A stretch of DNA of 64,000 nucleotides, taken from assembly GCF_006345805.1 (NCBI RefSeq), contig NC_042998.1, positions 205,902,001 through 205,966,000 on the forward strand. Direction: 5' to 3'. The notes under the pieces are model-generated. The model was not told where the DNA came from. It ran no database searches and saw only the letters and a list, made by a program, of their open reading frames with translations. The translations under genes were made by a program, and so were the position numbers. This document shows, piece after piece, positions 57,702-64,000 of this stretch. How positions within the stretch are numbered: position 1 is the stretch's first letter; each line of letters begins with the position of its first letter. The stretch comes from Octopus sinensis (Eukaryota).

Positions 57702-60700
57702 TTATGGAGGCAAAGACACTGCACTGCACAGTGAATTAGCATTTTCACTGCCTGCTAAACACTTCTTCAGTTGTGGTAAAACATTATCTGCAACTAATAA
57801 CATGTCATCTGTCTCAACATGAGGTAGACTATCGTTTAACTTTAATAAAAAACTACTTTGAGACAAGGAACATTTCTGTACTGCAATATTGTGATACAGA
57901 AGTTTGTCAAACACTGTGGAAGATATCCATGAAGGATTGACATCACTCAGAAGAAAATGTCTCTCTCCATTGTGTTCAATAAATCTTACAACTCTATTAC
58001 TTAGCTGTGTCATTCCTCCCAAAACGAGTTCTTTGTCTGGAGATGGTGAATTGAGAGACACAGCCTTGTTCTGATCAGAATCAGAATCAGTTTGTCTGTC
58101 GGGTTGTTCACTGTTTAGTTTAGTTTTATGTAAAGGAGTGTTTTCATAATTTGACAGAGGAACAGAATCACAGAGACCTGGCAAAGAAGAGGAAGTTTGT
58201 ATACCATCAGATGGAGATGTGAAAATCCCATTTGAGCAATTTAGACTTAAGGATGACCTCAAAACATTTGTTTCCAAATTTACTGATGATGGACATTTGT
58301 CTGGAATTGGATGCTCTGTAGAATCTTTATGTGACAGACAAGTTTTTAACGTACCATAAAGTGTTAAAGAATTATGTAAGTCAGTTTCCATATCTGCATT
58401 ATATTTAAAACTTTCTGCTGACGGTTCAAATATGCCTGACACTGGCCGCTTAGGTGGTTTACGATATAAATTGCAGCATTCTAGTTTTGTCAATGAACCT
58501 GACTCTGCTGGAGATTGTTGGCAGAGACAAGAGCATCTATAACCCGTTTTATGTAAAGATTGAACTGGATTCTCCCTGGCAGACACAAATGTATTTTGTT
58601 CAGTTTTTTCTCCCAAACCTTCAGACCATTTAGGATCAAAAACACCCGTATTATCTGGATCCCAGTCTTGGACACATTTTACAAGCTTACATTCTTTAAA
58701 ACTATAGAAGAAATGATAGAGGAGTTCTGCATCAGACAATAACATGATACCAAGTGGCGTCGCTCGATTACCATTGAAGACCAGACTAGATTCTAAAAGG
58801 TACTTCAAAGCAAAAGACCTCATGTAATGTGGCAGCTCTAAGTAAGGTAAACTATAGTCTCGATATTTAGTCCGATAAAACACAATTTGATTTTTCCCAA
58901 GAAAACATTTTTGAACAACTTCTCGGACAATAACATACTTTTTTACATTAATGACTACACAGAGGAGTTTGTGACCATGAAACTTGACAAATTTATGAAT
59001 GATCGAATGAGGAGGAGTATTGCTCACTTGAGAATAGCAACTACCACTGAAAGCATGAGTCACACATCCAGTGAAATTAATGTCTGTTTGAATTTGCTTG
59101 TCATGAAATGAACTGGGATCTCCATGATGTATCAAATCTGGAGAAGTGAAAACACGGCCATATCTGACAGGACAATTCATTAAAATTCTATTATGCAGAG
59201 TTTGTAAATCATATTTTAATGGCAGGGGCGATTGAAAGGGGTTTCCTGGTGAAAGCTGATTTTCAAGAAATAATGGTTCAATGTGGTTTTCTTTTATATC
59301 TTCAGAAGACTTGGCCTCCTGAAATGACTTTTTATTTACACATTTAGTTCTTTTATTAAAATTAGTGTAAAATTTCTTTAGCAAACGACTCTTCCTTACT
59401 TGTTTGGACCATTTGAATTTCCTCTGTTGGGGTTTAGCAACTAAAGACAATGAATTTAAGATTCCTTGGCTTTTAACATCTTTGTGCTTTTCATTTTTTT
59501 TGTCTGAGTATAAAGTCTTGGTAATTTTATCAGAGTACAGAGTTTTGAAGTCTGTGATTGTTTTGCATAATTTCACTTCACAGGAAGGAAGAGGAAACAA
59601 AGAATTACACCAATTGCTCTTCGTGGTTGGTCTTGAATTACTGTTAACAGGTTTCAGCAATGGTTCACCGACAGAAGAGTCACAAATAATTTCATTGATG
59701 AAGTCACAGCTACCAACAGAGACTATTTCACCATTCTTTGTTTTTGTGACAACCTCTTTGGAAGATTTGTCCAATAAATCTGATGGAACTACCACAGATG
59801 TCTTGGCTGACTCCTCTTTACTCAGAATATTGTCATTGTCAGTTTGCATTGGTTCTTCTGGTGTAGACATCACGGAGGATTTGCAACCATCAGAAACGTC
59901 AACCGATGTTTCATTCTCAGCTAATTCCATTGAACAACTTTCGGTAACAGGACACACAATAACATTAGCATGAACAGCATCTTTTAGTAAATGCTCAGAT
60001 TTGGTCAAATTTGACAGATTATCACTAACAGGTTCTTCATAGTCAGTTACTATGGCAACAATATTTATATCACCATTCTCACTGACCTCCAAACAGGGAG
60101 CTTTGTTTAAATCTTCCAATTCTTCAATAACACAGATTTTCTTGGAAAGATTTAAGAAATTCATTTCAGATTGATGAACCACAGTCACTTGGTCCTGTTT
60201 GTCGTTATCTTTGACTTGTTTCTCGTTATTAATCAATTGAAAGATGTCACCTGCAGCAACATTATCAAGTTTCTTTGGTGCAATTTCGGTTAAGCAACTA
60301 CCAACAACAATTTCATTTGGTTGCTGTTCCTGCTCGTGTTGTTGTTGTTGTTGTGGTTTTGGTGGTGGTGGTGGTGGTGGTGACTGTTGTTGTTGTGGTT
60401 TTGGTGGTGGTGGTGGTGACTGTTGTTGTTGTTGTTGTGGAGACTGCTTTAGTTGTGGTGGCTGTGGCTGTTGTAGTTCGGGTGACTGCTGTTGCTGTGG
60501 TAACTGTTGTTGTTGTTCTTGCTGTAGTTTTGTTTTTAACTCTTGCAATTCTTCTTGTGTTTGTTGTTGTTTTTGAAGCTGTCTTAAGTTTGGTTGTTTT
60601 TGTTGTTGTTGTGACAGTTGAGATCCCTCCTCCTCCCCTAGTTGTGATGAAACAACAGCAGTCATGATGCCTGGTGGTGTTCGGGCTGTCCAAACATCTT

Positions 60701-63700
60701 CTTTCACATCTTTCAGCACAATTAGTTTATCACTGGTTTTCTCTTCAACAGGCAGTTTAGGGTTTGTTTTGTGACTGCCATCACAACCACCATCATCAGC
60801 ACCACCACAACCACCATCATCAGCACCACCACAACCATCACAATCATCAACATCACCACCACTATCATCACCATCAGTATTGTTGTTGTTGTTGTTCGTG
60901 ATGTTATTGCTACCGTTGTTGTGGTTGTTGTAAGGTTTTAAATGCTGAACAGAATTTGGCTTTTCAGTTTCAGACCTGGGACAGAAACTTTCATCCAAAA
61001 TATGTTTCTCCTTCAGGAAGATATTGAATTGGTTCTTCTGTTTCCAATATTTGGAATTTCCAGCAGTTCGAGCACAATCTTTCTCCTTATTTTCTGTTTC
61101 TTCCTTCTTATTCTCCACCTTTTCCGTTTCCATTCGATCCTGGGATTTTCCAGTCACTCCTTGACAGTTCTTGGTGATTACACTATTGTTTCCAGTCTCA
61201 TTACTTACAGAAACTAACTTTTTTGAAGTTGCCAACTCATTTTCACATGCTAATAGGGCCTTCTCTAACAAACTTTGGCCTTTTCTGCGCTGACAGCTGT
61301 CATTGGTTGATGGTTTGACAGGATAATACGGAGCATAGACAGCAGACGCTTCTGGGAGTGTCTTGAAATCTGATTTTATAGATGAAATCTCATCATTGGT
61401 AAAATTAGTAGATGGACTTCGGTCAGGACTTGGCAACAAACACACGGTGGAATTAATGCTACTCTCATCACTGGAAACCAATTGAGATAAATCTTCTTTT
61501 TCAGTTGATTCCACATCAGATTTCTGCTGATCATCCTGAAGTTTAACTGGTGATTTACAGGATTCAAATTCCTTTTGTTTGATTTTCATCCAAGAAGAAT
61601 TGGTAATTTCAACATCTGGATTAGCATCGGTTAATAATTTGCTGGTATTAATAGATTTGTCTAATGAGGAATTAGTGGAATTTGAATTCTCTTTTAAAAC
61701 AGAAACTTTTGACAATGGAGAAAATGGTTGTATTCCTGGACTGACCTTATCTTCCATGATGGTAAAAACAATTTCTTTTTCCAGAGTTCTTTCTCCAAAA
61801 GAGTCGTTGTTTTCTGTTGCTTTGGAATTGATGCTTGTGTTTTTCAAAGAGTCCATAGAACTTTCAGCAGTACTTAGAGTGTCAACTGACTGCCTCGAAT
61901 GGATCACAGATTTTGGTGCCATCGTTTCCCCGGCTTGAACTCCATCAGAATCATCAGTGTCGTCCAGGGTGACACACTTTTCATTGTTAACACTTTTCAC
62001 ATGACGGTTATTCGTCCTGCGTTCAACTTGTCTCTCCTCAGGCCAACACTTCCATATTTTGTCATTTGTCTCAACAGGACTTTGATTCGAGCTTGAATTA
62101 GACAAAGAATGTAAAATATCTACGATATCACAGTATTCTGGAGCATTGTTGCTGCTGTTGGTTTTGTCAAAAAATTTATCAGTTTGGTTAGCACCTAGCG
62201 ATTTATTAGTTATAGAGGCAGGGATATAGTTCTTGGTGGAAGATTCGTAGTTGTTGCCTAATAATTTGTTCATTGACTCCGGAGGCCAACAAGAAGTGTC
62301 TTCATCAAGTTCCAAGTTCTCCCGCTTGCGTGGCTCGTATTTTTTACGTTTTGATCTACTTTCCAGCTTTAATCTGTAGTCCTGAACAATGTCTGTCGAT
62401 AAAAGATTCTCTTTTTGATTGTCTTCAAGGCTGACATTTATAATATCTGGCAACCTACGCTTTTTTGTGACATTACAAGCACCAGTTGCTGCTATCAGGT
62501 CTTTGGATCTGTGAGGAACACCAGACAAAGATAAAGAGTAGGAACTGGTGATCACCAAGTCACAAGGAGGTTCGTCGTTTTGATGGTTGGCTTTTTCAAC
62601 AACAGAAGATCGGGGTCGTGCAAGAGCTGAGGGAGCAGAGACAGAAGGGGCAGAAAGATTGGGGGCAGAGACAGTGGGAGGGGCAGAAATAGTAGGAGTA
62701 GTAACAATAAGAGCAGGAGGAGGAAGAGATGGTGGTGGCGGTGGTGGTGGTGGAGGTGGTGATGGAGAAGAGTCAGTGTCTCTGGACAAATCTATTACAT
62801 CTTCAATTATATGATGATTACGTTTTGAAAATGAGGAATTCAATGCCATGATATGGTGTTTCTTGGGAAGATGACTAAGGGTAGACTGACTACTAGACGT
62901 CACCTGAATATGGTTCTTTGGGTTAGAATTAGTAGTTAAAATATCAGAAATTACAGATTCTGAACTAGTTGTCTTTGAGCTCTTATTGAGTTTTGATTCA
63001 TTTTGATGCTTTTTCATGAGCCTTTTGAGAAAATATTCAGCAAAGTTATTTGAAGAATTTGAAGAAGTGACAGAATCTGGAAGACAGTTGGAAGATTTTG
63101 AAGAATTTGAAGTTGACAGTTTGGTACAATTAAAATCATTTGTAATAATCGCAGGATTTTCAAAGTTATTTGGTTTGTTTGGCACTGTACTTTCGACCCC
63201 ACCCAAGTTCCCCGTCTTTTCATTGTCCTTTGTGAGTTTCTCTTTCTTAGTCTGTGGGGGTGGGCTTTTCTCAGGCATTTTGTACCAAGACCTGCGTGTC
63301 ACGGAACCGCCACACACCGATGTCGTTGTTTCACATTTCTGTACAACAGTTTTCTCAATGAAATTAAGGTCTGCATGGATGTGATTGCCAACCGGATGCA
63401 GGCAGTCAATGTTTTCTAACTGAGTGGGTGGCATGACCACAGGCAGCTCTGGTAGTGGAATGTCATTTGGATAGCGTGTATACCAGCCCCGAAGGTTGGC
63501 AGGGGTAGTAGGGTGTACAGAACCGAGAATAGGGTCTACTAATGAGCTGTGGGGTTGTGTTACAGATGGTAAATTAAAGGAAGGTGGAGGGACACGGTTA
63601 GTGACTCTACAGGGATATGACTGTTGAGGTGAAAGAACATTACCATTTGTAACAGAATGGTTTAACCATCCACCAGGAGGAGGCCAACCAGTCCAAGGGG

Positions 63701-63896
63701 GCGCTCGTGGTGACCAATTGATGTTATTGTAACATGTACGATCTGGCACAAATGGTGGTGCCAGACCAGCATAGTAACCCATTGTTTGATGGTAATGAGA
63801 AATTTGAGTTGTGAACACATTTTCCTCTAACTGTAGCCGGCTGTTGCTGCGTCTTCGCTCTTTCTTAGAATGAGGTTCTTCATTTCTCGAAGACAT
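57702..63896 (-). CDS. 2064-aa largely disordered protein with C-terminal SKI/SNO/DAC-like domain(s); probable nuclear regulator, encoded in one giant exon
   Basis: 6195-nt open frame in AT-rich DNA, no transposon motifs; poly-P, poly-Q and S/N-rich tracts; basic NLS-like clusters; ordered segments at 58991-58706 and 58013-57760 that align by eye to the Dachshund/SKI homology domain. ORF reality ~0.95; domain call ~0.7. Confidence 0.9.
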   Translation of the reverse strand: MSSRNEEPHSKKERRRSNSRLQLEENVFTTQISHYHQTMGYYAGLAPPFVPDRTCYNNINWSPRAPPWTGWPPPGGWLNHSVTNGNVLSPQQSYPCRVTNRVPPPSFNLPSVTQPHSSLVDPILGSVHPTTPANLRGWYTRYPNDIPLPELPVVMPPTQLENIDCLHPVGNHIHADLNFIEKTVVQKCETTTSVCGGSVTRRSWYKMPEKSPPPQTKKEKLTKDNEKTGNLGGVESTVPNKPNNFENPAIITNDFNCTKLSTSNSSKSSNCLPDSVTSSNSSNNFAEYFLKRLMKKHQNESKLNKSSKTTSSESVISDILTTNSNPKNHIQVTSSSQSTLSHLPKKHHIMALNSSFSKRNHHIIEDVIDLSRDTDSSPSPPPPPPPPPPSLPPPALIVTTPTISAPPTVSAPNLSAPSVSAPSALARPRSSVVEKANHQNDEPPCDLVITSSYSLSLSGVPHRSKDLIAATGACNVTKKRRLPDIINVSLEDNQKENLLSTDIVQDYRLKLESRSKRKKYEPRKRENLELDEDTSCWPPESMNKLLGNNYESSTKNYIPASITNKSLGANQTDKFFDKTNSSNNAPEYCDIVDILHSLSNSSSNQSPVETNDKIWKCWPEERQVERRTNNRHVKSVNNEKCVTLDDTDDSDGVQAGETMAPKSVIHSRQSVDTLSTAESSMDSLKNTSINSKATENNDSFGERTLEKEIVFTIMEDKVSPGIQPFSPLSKVSVLKENSNSTNSSLDKSINTSKLLTDANPDVEITNSSWMKIKQKEFESCKSPVKLQDDQQKSDVESTEKEDLSQLVSSDESSINSTVCLLPSPDRSPSTNFTNDEISSIKSDFKTLPEASAVYAPYYPVKPSTNDSCQRRKGQSLLEKALLACENELATSKKLVSVSNETGNNSVITKNCQGVTGKSQDRMETEKVENKKEETENKEKDCARTAGNSKYWKQKNQFNIFLKEKHILDESFCPRSETEKPNSVQHLKPYNNHNNGSNNITNNNNNNTDGDDSGGDVDDCDGCGGADDGGCGGADDGGCDGSHKTNPKLPVEEKTSDKLIVLKDVKEDVWTARTPPGIMTAVVSSQLGEEEGSQLSQQQQKQPNLRQLQKQQQTQEELQELKTKLQQEQQQQLPQQQQSPELQQPQPPQLKQSPQQQQQQSPPPPPKPQQQQSPPPPPPPKPQQQQQHEQEQQPNEIVVGSCLTEIAPKKLDNVAAGDIFQLINNEKQVKDNDKQDQVTVVHQSEMNFLNLSKKICVIEELEDLNKAPCLEVSENGDINIVAIVTDYEEPVSDNLSNLTKSEHLLKDAVHANVIVCPVTESCSMELAENETSVDVSDGCKSSVMSTPEEPMQTDNDNILSKEESAKTSVVVPSDLLDKSSKEVVTKTKNGEIVSVGSCDFINEIICDSSVGEPLLKPVNSNSRPTTKSNWCNSLFPLPSCEVKLCKTITDFKTLYSDKITKTLYSDKKNEKHKDVKSQGILNSLSLVAKPQQRKFKWSKQVRKSRLLKKFYTNFNKRTKCVNKKSFQEAKSSEDIKENHIEPLFLENQLSPGNPFQSPLPLKYDLQTLHNRILMNCPVRYGRVFTSPDLIHHGDPSSFHDKQIQTDINFTGCVTHAFSGSCYSQVSNTPPHSIIHKFVKFHGHKLLCVVINVKKYVIVREVVQKCFLGKNQIVFYRTKYRDYSLPYLELPHYMRSFALKYLLESSLVFNGNRATPLGIMLLSDAELLYHFFYSFKECKLVKCVQDWDPDNTGVFDPKWSEGLGEKTEQNTFVSARENPVQSLHKTGYRCSCLCQQSPAESGSLTKLECCNLYRKPPKRPVSGIFEPSAESFKYNADMETDLHNSLTLYGTLKTCLSHKDSTEHPIPDKCPSSVNLETNVLRSSLSLNCSNGIFTSPSDGIQTSSSLPGLCDSVPLSNYENTPLHKTKLNSEQPDRQTDSDSDQNKAVSLNSPSPDKELVLGGMTQLSNRVVRFIEHNGERHFLLSDVNPSWISSTVFDKLLYHNIAVQKCSLSQSSFLLKLNDSLPHVETDDMLLVADNVLPQLKKCLAGSENANSLCSAVSLPP
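60300..60930 (-). repeat. Coding low-complexity tract (poly-Q/P, N-, D- and G-rich)
   Basis: QQQQSPPPPP(PP)KP occurs twice; 24-bp unit caaccaccatcatcagcaccacca (CGGADDGG) twice near 60784-60831; frame preserved throughout. Confidence 0.9.
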
Positions 63897-63957
63897 TACA
63901 TAAAGTGGTTTCTTAGTAAACTGTTAGAAAATGTCTGTCTCTGGTATTCAATGTTAC

Positions 63958-63980
63958 CTGAAAGAGAAAAGAAACAAATG
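63958..63980 (-). other. Splice acceptor opening the giant exon
   Basis: Minus strand catttgtttcttttctctttcag|gtaacatt: long pyrimidine tract plus CAG; the exon would begin at 63957. Confidence 0.7.
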
Positions 63981-64000
63981 GTAAGAACAGCTAGTAAAAT

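Noticed and set aside
60244-60693. Antisense Cys/Gly-, Val- and Thr-rich ORFs (metallothionein- or mucin-like)
   Set aside because: Shadow frames of the CAA/CCA repeats within the real minus-strand ORF.
57702-63896. Gene symbol SKIDA1, DACH or SKI for the giant ORF
   Set aside because: Domain position, copy number and length differ, and no other family-specific domains were recognised; orthology cannot be claimed.

Overview
Eukaryotic, repeat-rich genomic DNA. The repeat landscape (RTE, CR1 and Penelope relics, tRNA-derived SINEs with internal AT microsatellites) resembles octopus/cephalopod DNA; this assignment is an inference. Positions 415-36577 are one ~36-kb degenerate (TACA)n satellite built from kilobase-scale duplicated modules. 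It contains two ~2.2-kb inverted blocks, a ~5.2-kb near-identical tandem duplication and a 5'-truncated CR1-type LINE (7431-9700) whose empty site survives in a paralogous module. Both ends of the array abut the 3' end of a non-LTR retrotransposon. Positions 36.6-55 kb are a patchwork of decayed RTE, CR1, Penelope-like, hAT and SINE elements and microsatellites, plus a compact cluster of transcription-factor motifs near 43.5 kb. The only convincing host coding sequence is one 6.2-kb uninterrupted minus-strand ORF (57702-63896, 2064 aa): a largely disordered, nuclear-looking protein with what appear to be two SKI/SNO/DAC-like domains near its C-terminus. The hundreds of MYVC/HTYI ORFs are satellite artefacts.
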